Positions 1 through 14,004 of a DNA stretch of 64,000 nucleotides are shown here, piece by piece. The DNA is from Lama guanicoe (lineage: Eukaryota): positions 4,296,399 through 4,360,398 of the forward strand of contig MU053934.1 in assembly GCA_013239625.1 (NCBI GenBank), read 5' to 3'. Within the stretch, counting starts at the first letter, position 1; the number at the start of each line of letters is the position of its first letter. Position numbers and translations under genes: made by a program. The notes under the pieces were generated by a model. The model ran no database searches. It saw only the letters and a program-made list of their open reading frames with translations, and was not told the DNA's origin.

Positions 1-173
1 ATGCGCTGCGGGCCCGGGGATGCGGCAGCGGCCGAGCCGGCTGAGGCGTTGTCGGCGCCGCCGGGCAGCGCCCGTGCCGGGCTGGCCGCCAGGGGCACGC
101 TGGCGATGATGCAGATGACGGCACCGAGGAACGCCAGCATGCCCGCGGCCAGCAGCACGGCCAGGAACTTCAG
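1..173 (-). CDS. NPTXR: Neuronal pentraxin receptor, first coding exon (5' part; continues beyond the left edge), CUG-initiated
   Basis: The minus strand from CTG at 173-171 reads (M)KFLAVLLAAGMLAFLGAVICIIASVPLAASPARALPGGADNASAGSAAAASPGPQR. This is the NPTXR N-terminus with its hydrophobic anchor. Synteny with CBX6 agrees. Confidence 0.96.
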   Translation of the reverse strand, partial: MKFLAVLLAAGMLAFLGAVICIIASVPLAASPARALPGGADNASAGSAAAASPGPQR

Positions 174-700
174 CGTGAGGCGGACGGCGGGGGCGCCCGA
201 GGCCCCCGGCAGGCGCGGCGGCGGAGTCGGGGCGCAGGGCCCGGGCGCGCGGGGCCGAGTGGGGCCGGAACCGGAGCGCGAGCGGGAGGAGCCGGAGCCG
301 GAGCTGTTGCCGCGGCCGCTGCTGCCGCCGCTCTGAGCCCGGGTGGCGCGAGGAGAAGACGGCGGGCGGAGGGGAGGGGGAGCGGGCGCGGCGGCACCGC
401 CCCGCCGGCTCCCCCGGGCCGGCCCTGGCCCAGCCCCGCACCCGTTCCGTGCCGGGCGCGGAGTGGGGGCGCCGCCTGGGATGCGGCGAGGGGCGGGGGC
501 GACGCCGAGAGCCTTAACCCGCCGCCGTCACCAAGCAATGGGCGGCGACCCGGTGGCCCGGCGGCGGGGCTGTGCGACCCCTACCCAACCCTACCTGTGC
601 TGTGACCCCCCTCCCCGACCTCGTCATGGCGACAGCTACCTGGCCAGGAGCTTCTCCGTGTCCGGCATGTGCTGCGGAAGCCACGAGCTGGGTGGCAATT
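174..700 (-). promoter_or_regulatory. NPTXR CpG island: 5' UTR and promoter
   Basis: Very GC- and CpG-rich, with GC boxes (GGGCGG at about 364 and 492; CCGCCC at about 397), directly upstream of the CUG start. Confidence 0.8.
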
Positions 701-1986
701 AAGCCTCACCAAGGACATTGCTCACAATACAAATGGGTAAACTGAGGCCCACGTGGTCAGGCCGCTGCTCAAGGTCACGCGCCTAGCATGCACTGGAGCA
801 GCATTTGAGCTCAGCAACAGCTGACTGGACCCAGACTATGGATGGAGGGAACTAGACATTTTGACCCAACCTCTAGTTATATTATGACCACCTGCCTGTC
901 ACTTTTCACCCCCAACCTCCTGAAGGAGTAGAGATCATACCCTTTGCTCACCCCTATAAAAAATATCTCAGAGGGTAGCAAAAGTTCCCGCCTCTGAACC
1001 CTTGGGCACACAGAACATCAAGAAGACCCCTCTCCCACTGCAGTCTGCATTAGCATGGCAAAACCCTGGTGGGCATGCAGGCACTGGCAGGAACCAGCAG
1101 GCAGGGAGTGGGCTATGGTGTGGGGGTGGTGGAGGAAACTTTCACTTTCCCCTGTCAAAAATGCCTATATATATTTTGTTGCAAATTAACTCTGCAATTA
1201 AAAACTTTTTAAAAATTCTACCATCCTTCACAATCCATCTCCATCTCCAATTTTCCATGAGGCATTTCCTGATCAGCATGGGTTCCCAGGGCTCGAAGGT
1301 GGGGATGCAGGAGAGGAGCTGTGGCTGATGGGAGCACCCACCAAGGCCACACCCAGGCTTGTCTCCCTTCCAAGCCTGCATTCTTGACTTGAAGGGAAGG
1401 CTCACATTGGGACTCGACCACCATGGCTGCCAAGTGGTCTCTGCATCATGGTGGGGAGAGACCAGAACATGTCTCAGGAGGCAATAGTTCTTGGAGGCCC
1501 TTTCTGGCCGCTGGGACCCTCCCCAGTGGTCCATGGGGGCACATGTTCTACACACTCCACCCCATCCCCAGCCTCAGGGTAATGCCTGCCCAGCTTACCC
1601 GATCTCTGGGAGTCAAGGATTACCTGAGTTGTAAAATAGGAACAAAGCAGGTGCCGCCTCTGCACATGACGAACCCACAGAGCTGTATCTGTGTGGATGT
1701 GAGTTAGTACTCGCCGGAGCAGTGACCTGGAAACCCGCCAGGCAGCACAGCTTGAAGGAAGCATCTCTCTGCTGGAGAGGTGGGCCAGGACCTCTGAAGG
1801 CAAAGGCAGGCAGTAGGGGGTCCAGGAAGCCCTGCTGGTGCACAAAGCATCAGGACTCCTGGTGCATCTACATGTGTCCTGTGAGGACAGAGCACATGCA
1901 TAACATCCTGAGACAGGACAGAGGAGGCCAAGAGAGGGGGCTGCTGCCAAGAGCAGCAGAACCACTGTGGCTTGGGCACCAAATGG

Positions 1987-2024
1987 CGCCACCTTTATGT
2001 GAGCTCGCCACCTTTATGTGAGCT
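1987..2024. repeat. Perfect 19-bp tandem duplication
   Basis: CGCCACCTTTATGTGAGCT occurs twice (1987-2005, 2006-2024). Confidence 0.9.
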
Positions 2025-2229
2025 GCTCTGTGAGAGTTGGGACAGTTGATTAAAGGGGTCCAGAGGCTGGAGTCGAATTTGTATAAACTGATCTGTTTAT
2101 CCCCTAGAATGACTTTTTAAACCTGTGATACAACCACATCACTGTCCTGCTTATAAACCTGTTAGTGGCTCCCCATCCCTTATGGAATACAGTCTAAAGC
2201 CCTTACGAGGCTGTATGGCCTGCTGGTCA

Positions 2230-2395
2230 AGGGCAGGGGTTCTGGAGCCGGACGGCCTAGTTCAGACCCTGCCTCTGCCTGTTAGCAATTGTGTGACCTA
2301 GTTTGCAATAAGGGTAAAGTCTCAGGTCTTTTACAGTTCCTGACACCCTCTCTGGGCCTCAGTTCTCCAATCTGTAAAATGGGGGCATACTAGTA
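2230..2395 (+). mobile_element. MIR SINE remnant
   Basis: MIR core-like ctctgggcctcagttctccaatctgtaaaatggggg. Confidence 0.7.
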
Positions 2396-2969
2396 GTCTG
2401 TGGAAAGCCTCAATCAATGTTGGGCCTTATTATGATAGCTTCTCCTGGTTTGTAAGACTTTTGGTGATCTGGACACTGTTCACTATCCTAGTCTTATCTC
2501 CTAGACCTCACTGCCTGAAACAATATCAAACTGTGCACAGTTCCCCCCAAACACTGGAATGTCTCCTCTCTCTGCCTTTGTTCATGCTGTTCCCTGCCCG
2601 AAATGCCATTCCCTTCTTCTTCCTTGATTTGTCTCTATCTCCAGCATCCAGCTTGGGGCCCTGCCCAGGGCAGCTTCTTGGTAAATGTTTGCAAAATGAA
2701 TTCCCTCACAGGCAACATTGGCTGCTGCTGAAGGCAGAGGGGGAGGCTAGAACAGGGAGGTCCTGAAACCATCTCCCTTGGGCTCTGGGGGAGACCCTTA
2801 ATCCTAACACAGAATTCCTCAAGAGATGGTCAGAACAGGATTCTTGGGGGAACTTCCACAAGACTGCAATTGTCCTTACATTTTCCCTCTAAAGCTCCCA
2901 TCTTCCAGTTTTTTTAATTTCTTCACTTTCATTCCATCCTTAGGGAAAGAGAATTCTTCCCTAAATGAA

Positions 2970-3730
2970 CAAATATACTCATTCATTCAAAATATATGTT
3001 TTGAGACTGACTTTGGGCCAGGCATAGCACCAGGCATTGAGGAAAGCTGGACACAAGACAAGCTCACAGTTTTATAATCTAGTGGGGAGGCAGGCAGTAA
3101 ACAAATGAATAATCAAATAAACAAGTTGATTTATAAAAATAATGAGAACTATAAAGGCATTTAAAAAGAAAATGATAAAAAATTATAGGAGGGGTGTGGT
3201 GGGGGGTAGTTGGGAGATGGGCATTATTTATAAGGTTGTCAGGAAAGGCCTGCATTTGAGCTGAGACCTGAATGAGCTATGAAACCCGCTATGTAGAAAT
3301 TTGGGGAAAGACTGTTGTAGGCAGAGGGTATGGCTAGTGCAAAGGCCCTGGGGCAGAAATGAGTTTGATATATTCCAGGAACAGAAAGAAGGCCAATGGG
3401 GCAGAACTCCAGGGGAGAAAAGAAGCTGGAGCGGAAGGCAGGGGAAGGTAATGTGGGCCTTTACAGGACAGGGAAAGGAATAGGTTTGATTCTAAGCCCA
3501 GTTGGAGAGCTTTAAGCAGGGAAGTAACATCATGTGATTTGCATGTGTGAAACATCAATGGTAGTTGTGTGGAGGCTGGGTTGTAAAGGGATAAGAGAGG
3601 AAATGCAGAGACCAAGTAGGGATCATGTAACCATCCAAGTGAGAAGAATGGGGAATTTGGAGGTCATGATGATGGAGAGAATTGGATGGATTGGATGGAG
3701 AACTGTGGATTGATTTTAGAGGTAGAGTTT
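2970..3730 (-). mobile_element. L2 LINE 3' remnant
   Basis: attcattcaaaatatatg tail, then L2-like blocks such as tttgagctgagacctgaatga and tgcaaaggccctggggcag. Confidence 0.65.
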
Positions 3731-5404
3731 GTTAATTAGGTCCTTCAGGAAGCAGATGCTGAGGTGGGGTTAGATGTGCAAGTGCTTGATTGGGGGCTAA
3801 GACCTGTGAAAGACAAAGAGGAGAAGGAAGAATGGGGCAGGTTGAGGCTCAGACCTCCATGCAGATGTGACAAATCCTTGGCCAATCTGACAGGGTGCCC
3901 CGGGGCCAACACTGCCCATTAGGGCTGGGGACTAAGAGACTTGCCTGTGTCCATCCTGGGCATCCCCATCCCAAGGATCCAGTCTCCACCCAGGGATGGA
4001 CTTTCACTGGACCAGAGCTGCCTCTGTCTCCTCATCTATAAAATGAGGCCATGGTACCTACCTCAGAGGACTGTGATGAGAACTAGTTAAGACCAGATGG
4101 GATGTATGTGAAATCTCCCAGGGAATAGGGGGCAGGGACCAGTTCTTACCATACTGCTTTGTAGTCCCAGGGCACTCAGTATGCCTGGCACTCAGTAGAT
4201 GCCCAATACATGCTACCCTCTTCCTAGTTTATTCCTAGCATGTGTCAGACTATCAGGAAACGTTAATTTCCTCTTTTACTTCTTTACCTTGATTCTCCAG
4301 GTGCCTCCAGTGCCTTCCTGCATAGTTGCTCTGTCCTTTCTTGGTCTCCCTCCCACCACCTTTTTGAGCAGAGTTGGGAAATTGTTCAGACTAAGGCTCA
4401 TAGATGCCTTCAATCAACACACCCCAGCCTGGGGCCTCCCAGAGGAAGACAGGGCTCAGAGAGGGCCCAGAAATGTTTGTGTTTTAGCGGCGGATGCTGG
4501 GATTAGAAGCCTGACCAGAGAGGAGGGGCAGAAGCCAGGGAAGAGAGAGCTTTCCTCTCTGGGGAAGCCCAGAGATTTCCATCCAGGGCTTTTACTTCCC
4601 TGGAAGCGGCAAAAGGAGCCAACCCACCTCTCAGGCTCGGGCAGGAAGCGAGGACATCTGTTCCCAGCTCAAGAGGGGCTGAGAACCAAGGAGGAAACGA
4701 GTGTTCTCCTTGCAGGGGGCCTGGGAGTTGGCTGGAACGTGTATGCCTGAGTCCAGGCCCAGCCAAGAAAGACCAGAAGCAGTGGCTGCTGAATAAGGCT
4801 GCATCCTCTTTCTGTGGCTGTAAGGGCTGGGGCCGGAGTGCTCTCACTGTCTCACAGCATCCCAAGTGCCACCAGTGCCTCCTCCCTGTGGCATCCCTGG
4901 AGGTCCATATTTCCTATATCCTATTTCCAATAAGAAAGTCGAAACTCAGAGGTTCAGTAATTTGCCCAGGGTCCCAGGGTCAGTGGGTGTACACCTGAGA
5001 TTTGAACCCTGACGTTTTCAGACTCCATATTGCAAGTTCTTGCTTTAAGAGTTGATCTGTCTCTGCCCAGCGACGAAGCAGTATGTCCTGGGACCTTCTT
5101 TCTGCCCTCAGCTTAGTCCAGCCCCTTCTCCAAGCTCTTTCCTGACCCCAGGAGCCCGCCTAAACCCATTGGCCACCACAGCACCCCCCTGCCCTCACCG
5201 GTAGTCCCAGCACCAGTTTCTGTTGCACTGATCTGTAACTTGCATTCCCCTACAAGTTCAAGAACTTCTTGAGGTTTGGTACCACGTCTGCTTCAAATCT
5301 GGGTCACTGGCACCCAGTGTGTGTTCAGGGTGTATTTGTTTCATGCACAGTTGGACCTGAATGCTGCTGGCCGTTACTCCAGCTCCTCTAGAAAAGGTAG
5401 TTTT

Positions 5405-5986
5405 TAAAAAATTTAGTTTAATTTAATTTTTTAATTGACGTATAGAGAGTTACATGTCAATTTCTGGTATACAGCTTGTTTTAGTCATAAATATACATAC
5501 ATGTATTTGTTTTCATATTCTTTTTCATTAGAGATTATTATAAGATATTGAAGGTAGTTCCCTGTGCTATACAGGAGAAATTTGTTTTTTTGATCTATTT
5601 TATATATAGTAGTATTTGCAAATCTCGAACTCTCAATTTATCCCTTCCCATCCCCTTTTCCCCCAGTAACCGTAAGTTTGTTTACTATGTCTGTGAGTCT
5701 GTTTCTGTTTTATAGATAAGTTCATTAGTGTCTTCTTTTTTCTTTTCTTTTTTTTTCAGATTCCATATGTGAGTGATATCATATGGTACTTTTCTTTCTC
5801 TTCGTGGTTTACTTCACTTAGAATGACGATCTCCAGATTGATCTGGTGTTGCTGCAAATGGCATTATTTTATTCTTTTTTATGGCTGAGTAGTATTCTAT
5901 TGTATAAATGTAGCACAGCTTCTTTATCCAGTCATCTGTCAGTGGACGTTTAGGTTGTTTCCACGTCTTAGCTATTGTATATAGTG
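5405..5986 (-). mobile_element. 5'-truncated artiodactyl-type L1 (3' UTR) with TSD
   Basis: Typical L1 3' end antisense (ttccctgtgctataca; ttttatggctgagtagtattc). 16-bp TSD tagaaaagg(t/c)agtttt at 5389-5404 and 5987-6002. Confidence 0.88.
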
Positions 5987-6659
5987 TAGAAAAGGCAGTT
6001 TTCTGATGACCCCCAGGACTGCAGCTACTGCACTTGGAGGCAGGGAAGCTGAGTTTTAGAGAACCTTCTCTTCTTAGTCTGTAAAATGGATATAGGTAGT
6101 TCTGGGCTGCCTACAGTTGTGATGAAAGATAAAAGGCCCCCTGATGAAGGAGGATCAGGGACAGGTGAACACTGCAGGGTCAGACAGAGGTGCGGGGCAG
6201 GGCTAGAGGCCAAGGGAGCAGGTACCTGGGACCTTACCTGGATGGCTGTTCACATGTGTCCAGTGAGGAGCCAAGGGTGCCTGGCAGTTACTCCTGAAAG
6301 ACATCTGTTTCCTGATCTAGCTCAGGGCACCCGAGGTGGTCCCTAGGAAAAGTGGGGGCAGGTATGGGAGGCTCTCCCCAAGGCTGGAAGAAGGGCCAAT
6401 GCATGAGACTGTGGGAGAGTGGGCGGTCCTGCTGGCTGGACCCCACCCTGCTCTCCTGCCTGCTGAGCCTGCCAGCCCTCTTCTTGGGTCCAGGCTTGGG
6501 TCTCTCTCTTCACTGAAGTTTGCCTGCTACTAGCATTAGCTGTAGCCTCTAGCCAACTCTAGCCCGACACAATTCATTTTTCACATACAGGAACTGAGAA
6601 GCAGGGCCGGGAAGGGACTTTCCCAAGATGACACTGCCAGGAGGAAGAATCTGATAACA

Positions 6660-6890
6660 ATGACAAATGTTAACACTGAGCTGCTTCTTACTATGTTGCT
6701 AAGTGCTTTCTAGGTAATCATTTGAACCCTCACAAACCCCCAGTGGAATAGGCGTGCTATTCTCACAGTCCCCATGTTGCAGACGGTGATGCTGAAGCAC
6801 AGAGAGGTTAAGCAATTGGTTTCAGGTCACTCAGCCACCAAGTTGAGAAGATGGGATTCAAACCCAGACATTCAGATTCGTGACCACTAG
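6660..6890 (-). mobile_element. MIR SINE remnant
   Basis: gctgaagcacagagaggttaagcaatt...ggtcac...gggattcaaacccag. Confidence 0.7.
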
Positions 6891-8439
6891 GATATACTGT
6901 TTCTCTGGATGGAAGCACAGGGCAGGGAAGGCTGTTCTGGCAGGTGTCAGCCCAGTGGCCTGGGATGGGCTCCGAGGGAAGAGCAGGAACAGCAGAAGAA
7001 AGTAAAAGGGCCTGTTAGGAGGCTGAAGCAGTGAAGGGACCCAGAGTGAGCTGTGCTTGGCAGCCAGAGGCAGCAGTGCTGTTACTCTTTCTCAGTGGCT
7101 GCCTTCCTAATCTGCTCTGTTGGCCCCAACTTCCCCACCTCTGGATGAGATCTTAGGCGTAGCTCACAGCTTGGTCCAGGCACTTTTGGGCTTAATTTTT
7201 TTTTTCCAGATATTAAATTGGTCTAGTCTAACAGCAAAGCTTGAAACTCTATTCAGAGCTTCTCTTCCCCAGCTCAAGTCTGCCTTACACTCAAAGGCCT
7301 CTGTAATGGGGAAGGAGGCACGGTGGGCTTCTCCTCCAAGACCCCAGTTTGGCTGGCGCTCCCCTTGCCTCTTCCCTGCCAGGTGCTTCTGGTTTCTTCA
7401 AGGTTGGAGCTTGGGGCAGGGAGGGGAGAGAGGTGACCAGGTAAGCCTGATTTGGCTGGTTCACGTGTTCTCAGGAGGGCCATTGTTCCCAGGTGGGTCA
7501 GGTAAGCTGCCTGGGAACTTGCTCTTTCTCATTAGGGGCACTTTTGTGGCTTCTTCAGAGACCCCCCCCCATCCCCATCACTAGGGATCTCTCACCTGCA
7601 GTTCCTACCTGGGCAAAGCATCCCCTGACTGGTGCTCACGAGCCCCCTTCAGCACCTGTTATCAGGGTCCATCCTCCCAACATGAGTTCTTCTGATAAGG
7701 TCACGTGCCCCACCCCTGTTCCCCCACCTCCAAACCTCTTGGGACAGGATCATCCTAATTCTATAACCTCAAACCAGCCACATTCTGCAAGGTTCCCTCT
7801 GGGGCCCCAGGAAACACTTTTGCATCCTGGTCCCCAAATGCTGGGACCCCAGGGGACATGTGGGCTGTCCCCAAAGCAGCTAGGTCTCTGCCTCATGGAA
7901 AGAGGAGGACTCCAGCCAGCCCCTCACTTTTGTCCCTAGTCGTCTCATGTCCCAGGGGACATGTGTCCAGGGGACATATGCCATGCTCTCTTCCTTTCTG
8001 AAGCCCCCTCACTTGGCTTGAGGATGGGGAGTGATGCCAACGGTCTCTAAAGAGAGCTCCTTCTCCAGCCTCACCTCCCACATGGCTTCTGAGCCCCGCA
8101 GCCTGGGAGGGCTGAGGGACCAGGAGCATTTCTGTCCAGCCCCTTTGCAAGTCTGCACTTTGAAACAGGGGTACCTGGTATCCACTGTCCCCAGCTTTGG
8201 GGTCTGGACTGGAGCAGACAGCAGGGCCGAGGAGGAAGGGAGGGATTGGAGTGGTTTTTCCACTCGGGGGTCAGTTAGTCACGAAGCTGGGGACTGGCCG
8301 GGAAGAGATGAGTCAAAGACAAAGTGCGGGGCTCAGGCCCCCATGTGGGAAGGTGGTGAGTCAGGCGGCCTGTGAGGGGTGCCAGTTTGCTGCCCAGAGT
8401 TTGGTTTTGAAAGTGGAGTTTGAGGGTGTCACATGGAGG

Positions 8440-9135
8440 TAGAACAGAGTGTTTGACAGCATGGACTTTGAAGTCAGGGCGTTTAGATTTCAATCAAAGC
8501 TCCACCACTTAGTAACTGCCACCTGGAGCAAGTGACCCAACCTCTCTCTCCAGTTTCCCTGGCTGCACCAGGGAGGATGAAGGCCAGACTGCAACTTGAG
8601 GCTGCAGCTCAGAGCCTGGCCCGTGGAGCCCTCAGCACAGTTCCCTGCAATCCCATGAGGAAGGGAGTATGACTTTCGTGCCCTGTTTTAGAGACGGGGA
8701 AACAGAGGCACAGAAGAGATAAGCAACATACCCAGGGTCCCACTGAGGCAGGCAATCCAGCTCCAGTGACTGAGCCCTCACCCACCATGCTACGTATTGA
8801 GGTTGCTGGCATGGCACAGAAGTGTGACTGCATGGGTTCAAATCCCACCTCTACCACGTGGGAATTTCTGAGCCAGTTACTTCATCTTTCAGAGCCTCCG
8901 TTCCCTTGTCCATACGTTGTGGGTACTGCCCTTTCTAGGTTGTGAGGATTTAGTGAGTTAATCCTTGTAAAGTCTATTCTGTAAGTGTTAGTTTTTCTTC
9001 TTAGAGTAATTCTGAGTTGGAAAAGATAATCAGAGGACGCCCTCTTCTCCATTTGACAGAAGAGGTTACAGAGGCCCAGAGAGGGTGAGTGACCATCCTG
9101 ACAGCTGGCAGAGCTCAGACTCGTCCACTGTTTTT
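8440..9135. mobile_element. Cluster of MIR fragments in both orientations
   Basis: Several MIR core motifs (gaaacagaggcacaga; ggttgtgaggatttagtgagttaat; acagaggcccagagagggtgagtgacc). Confidence 0.6.
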
Positions 9136-12100
9136 CTCTCAAGCTGTTACATGGAAGGCAGGCATCCAGAATTGATGAGAAGACAGCTGGAACACCGGGA
9201 TAGGAAGTCAAAGGAGTGGTCAACTTTGGCTACATAGATCTGGAAGATCTATTCTTACTCACATGGTGCTTGAACTGAACCCTTTCACACCTACCGTGTT
9301 CAGTCCTCCTGAGTAACTATGCCAAGGAGGGAGTCCTGGCCTCTTTTACTGCTGAGGAGCACTGAGGCCTGGAGAGGGGAAGTGACCTGGCCACCTGAAC
9401 CTGGACAAGGGTCTCTTTATGGTGCGTGAGTTGTGAAAGGCAGGCAGAGGGATGAGCACGGGCTGGGGTCAGGGATGGTAACTACAGCAAGCCTCCATTA
9501 GGACGCTGCTGCATGGAAGCCGGGCTGTGATACCTGCAGGGATTGCCCAGGGAGCCAGTGAGATGATGATCACTTTAATGAGAGCCCATGGGGGACAGAG
9601 CCCACATGTGCCTTTTCCAAAGTGTGTCCTAGTTCCTTGCTCACAGATTGGAGTATCTGAACCTCAACAGAGAACCCCTAGGGACCTCCAAACCCACCCC
9701 AAAAGAGCATGTAGCTCACTGGCAGGGGGCTTGTCCTTATGCCACAGCACTGAGGACCCCTGCCACCTGCTCTGGCCCATTTCCCATCAGCTCCCCCTGT
9801 GGATGTTTCCTAGACCCTCTGGCTCATAAAGGCTGATGGCTGGTGGATGTCATTTAAATTCAGGCTCATGTCTTCTTCACATGCTGAGCTCATCCTTTGG
9901 AAAAGACAGAGAAGACTTTGGTCTTTTCCTCTAATGATCACATCCCATCTAGAGACCAGAGGGGGACCTGTTCCCATCTAGTTTCAGCTCAGACTGGCTG
10001 TGCACCTCCTGTGTGTCTGCTGCCTATTAGCATTTTCATATCCATCCTGGAATCTCATTGTTCTAAAGAGATTTCAGAAGTTTGGGGAGGGAGCAAGACG
10101 TACGGGAATGAGAAATCTGGGTTACTGTCCAAATATATGAAGTTTTGTCTTTTAGTTATATTTTTGTATTGATTTTTAACTTATACATGATCTGTGATAC
10201 CCATTTCTTGAAATGTATTGGGATTTATGTCCTGCTGTATGAGATACATGATCACTTCTGGAAATCTTCAATGTGTGCTTGAAAATAACACATCAGGCAC
10301 AGAAGTCTACATATGCCGCTTGTTATTCGGCTCTTTTGTGGCTTGTGTCTTTGTATGCTTTGTAATTTTGGATTGCAAACTCACGTTAACAAGGGTTTTA
10401 TCTGTGAGTATGCCACGTGGCCTTTACTGTGGGAATGTCCCTCCAGAGAGGGAATTTGCTACTGCCACCTGCTCTGTGGGTGTAACACACCCCAGGTTTG
10501 CTTTTTATATTAATTTTCAGACTTAGGAGTTCTGGAACCACATAGACAAAGCAAATTCAAACCTCAAATTTGTATGAGAGAAGATCTAGAGTTACAGTTT
10601 CTCAAGTGAGACTTCATTTTAATTTTTCTAACAGAGCCAAAAATGAGCCAACTTCTTTGACAACTTCTTCTGCTTTTTGCAAAAGGATGATTTTTTTTTT
10701 CTCCTTGTTTGCTCTTTCACTGAGGATGTGGGCCCAGCTTTATTCAGGTGTTTTGGTTCCAAATCTCTCTTGGCAGTGACCCAAGGCCTTGTCTCCCATC
10801 CCTATAGAGATGTAAAATCCAACCTTCTTGGTTACCAAGATCAGCCAAGGCCAACACCTCCCTACCACTGTCCCCGGGCCACCCACAGACCCTGCCTGCA
10901 AGACAGCTGAAGGATCGGCATCTGCTTGTCACCCTGATTTTGGCTTCCTCTTTATTTGTTTTTGGTCCCTGGGGATTTCTTTACTATCTTGGAAGCTCAG
11001 TTGAGTATTTAAAAGAATGTTACATTTTCTTTGGTACCTTCAAGCATCGTATAGCAGCTGGCTCTTCAGAAGCTTCCACCCACCATGCCCGAGACCTGGG
11101 TTCCACTCTTTGGCTTCTGAGTGACCCTGGGAAGTACCCCTGCCCCACCTCCTCACCTGTCTGGTGGGGTTCATCGACCTGTAGCCACCTGCCTCATAAC
11201 CTTATCCCAGTGAAAGGCATGAAATGGGGAGGGTGGAGGTGGCAGGCAGGGGCTGGATATCCCGGTGGCCTCTGCAGTTAAGCACCTAAGTCCCTAGTGG
11301 TCCTTCTAGGATGTCTGGTGACCAGTCATCTCAGAGGTGAGGTGCACCGAACGGGCAAAGACTCTTCAGCCAAGGGGTATATTTCTCCAGGAGTGCCTGA
11401 GAGGACAGGAACTCCCTCTGAACCTCAAATCTGTGGGTGAAAATTCCTCCTGGACCCTCTGCCTGATTCACACCCAAGGTGTGTCCCAGATTGCATTCAC
11501 CTCCCTACCAGTCTGACTCCTCTGCTGGTTCCCCAGCCCATAAGTGGCACCAACACCCATTCCTTTGCCTACACTAGACACCCAGAAGGTTTTCAGAGGG
11601 TCCCTCTCACAAGCACTCAAAGCCAACCCCCAAATTTACAAAAGTCTAATCTTTCTGGCCACTTCCTGTCAACCCTGTCGCCTCAGCCACATCCAGGCCT
11701 CATTATAGTTCATGGGGTGATTTCAAGTCATGGCCTTTGTCCCTCCTCTGACTGATGCTCAGAGTGCATGGACACTCACCTGCTGCTCCCTTTAAGGCCT
11801 CGCCCTGTGGGTGAGCTGTCTTTGTGCTCAGCCTCTCCCAGTCAGGGGCCTTTGTGAAGTGTGAACTCTCTGAAGCCAACAGCCTGAACAAAGAGGGTGC
11901 AGATGGGCACACAGGCCTGTAATCTGGCTTAAGGGGGCTCGCTGTTTGGATGCTGCCACCCTGACCCCCTCTTCAATTCTGGTACAGCTCAAAAAAGACC
12001 AAAAAAAAAAATTACACTTTTCAGCTTCTAAAAAACAACTGCATAATTTTGCAAAATTGTCATTCTCACCCCATCTCAACCCCTACTCCTTGCTTTGCCC

Positions 12101-14004
12101 CAAATCCTGAGCTTCACCCCATGGCTGACACATGCCCCTGGTGAGGCCCAGGAACAGGGGAGGTGAGGGGTCGGGCTGGGTCAGGCACCACCTGGCAGAC
12201 CAGCCTGTGACACGAGCAGCGGCTGTGTGTACGGCGCCTGGACTCACTTCAGACGGGGCGGCAGACTCCCTGGGCTGAGTCATGTGGTCTTGCGTGGCCC
12301 TCTTCACAAACCCACTGATCTTCCTTAAGCTGCCATGTCACACTCATTCACCCACAACTAGTAAGCAGGCGTAGCTGCTGAGAGATGGCATGCAGGACTT
12401 GTGATAAGGGACAGTCGTGACGCCAGTCTCTGAACACACCCACCTCACAAGAGCAGCCCCCGTTTCTCAGTCCCAAAGAGATGGGGGAGGCGCAGAGATG
12501 TGCTGGACAGAAGCCCTACTCCACTGTGTCGCTCCCGGCCCCTCCCCCGTGATAGTGGCTCATTCCTGGGCACTGGGTAGGGTGGCTGGGGTGCGAGAGG
12601 GGACAGAGGGGGCTCACTGGTGCTCGACGTGCAGTAAGTGTGCTGACAACTCATGACGTTTAAGTAAGTACCAAATGAGGATTCTGGGAGAACAGAACAC
12701 TGAGCCGGCTAGATGACAAGGTGGGGTGCCATGGAGTTGGTGCCACAGAAGCCAGCCCTGACCTCAACCATGGATTTCACCCCTCTCCCCACCTTCTCAC
12801 TTCCCTGCCTGGCTTCTGTATCCATGACCAGCTGCAGACAGGGACACACTCCCGTTTGACCTGCTGACCCAGGGCCAGTGCCCAGGGCCAGCTGGATGGG
12901 TCGCACTGGGGCCCCAGGTTTACCGCTCAGCCACGACCAAGCCTCACTGACTGTGTTAGTGAGGGAAAAGGACCGAGCTTGGTGACAGGGAGGTGAATCA
13001 AGGGTCCACCATGTGTCAGGAACCGAGCTGGTCCACCTCTAGGGGCAGGAGGGCCAAGACCACAGGCCAGTGCCAGAGAGGGCGCTCAGGTGGCAGAGCA
13101 CACCTGGGGAGCGTATGTTGGGGCAGGAGAACTTGGGACACAACCCTGAGGGCAGTGGGCTCCTTGCAGGCGGGGGCAGGGCTGCCAGGCCCCTGTGACA
13201 CTCCTGCGGAAGAGGTGGGGGAGGTGCAGGAAGGATGGAGCCTGCAATCAGGGATGTTTTGCAAAAGGAGACGGGATCAGGACTGGCGGGGTCGAGGGGT
13301 GCAGGGTGGGGAGACATTGGCAAGGCAAGACCTAGGGGTTTCACAAGAGGGCGGGGGTGGTGAGGAGGGGGAGGACTGGCAAACAGGCGGCCATGGAGGT
13401 ACGGAGGTGCAGCTTGTGGGATGAGCGGCGGGCCCTTGAGGAAGATACAGTTTACCCAGGGCGGCCGCTTTTGGACCCCTGCGGGCATCCTACCTGCTCC
13501 TCGAGGCTGCTCGTCTGATGAGAGAAGGCGCACAAGCACCCAGAAAACAAATGTTTCTGGGAACTGAAGCAGCTCCTTGTTAGCAAAAAATGCTGTGCCC
13601 AACTGTGGAACGACTGGCAGGGGGAGCCAGTGCCCCCACCCAGACTGCTCCCTCCTAGGCTCTGTGATGACTGGCTTGTTAGGGACCCAGCCCCCAGGGC
13701 CCCGCTCTCTGTGGGTGCTGCGTCGAGGGACCCCCGCCCCTCCCACATGCCCACCTACCAGGTAGGCTCCAGGTTCTAAGAAGTGGCAAGCACCTTGGTC
13801 TAGCTGTGTAGGGAGCTCCCCTCAAGTGCAGCTCACTTGCATGGGTGCGAGGTGGAGGCGGTGTGGGAGGTGGGGAGCTCAGAAACGGGCCCGGGAGCTG
13901 GGCAGCCGCAGCCCCCATCCTCATTACACCGGGAAGGGCAGGGCCCGATGCTTTCTAAAGATAGTCGTCCTGGCCGGAAGAAATGAGACAGACCCGGGGG
14001 CTAG

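Noticed and set aside
1..702. Several GC-rich ORFs over the NPTXR island
   Set aside because: Stop-poor CpG-island artefacts. The real frame is the CUG-initiated minus-strand one.
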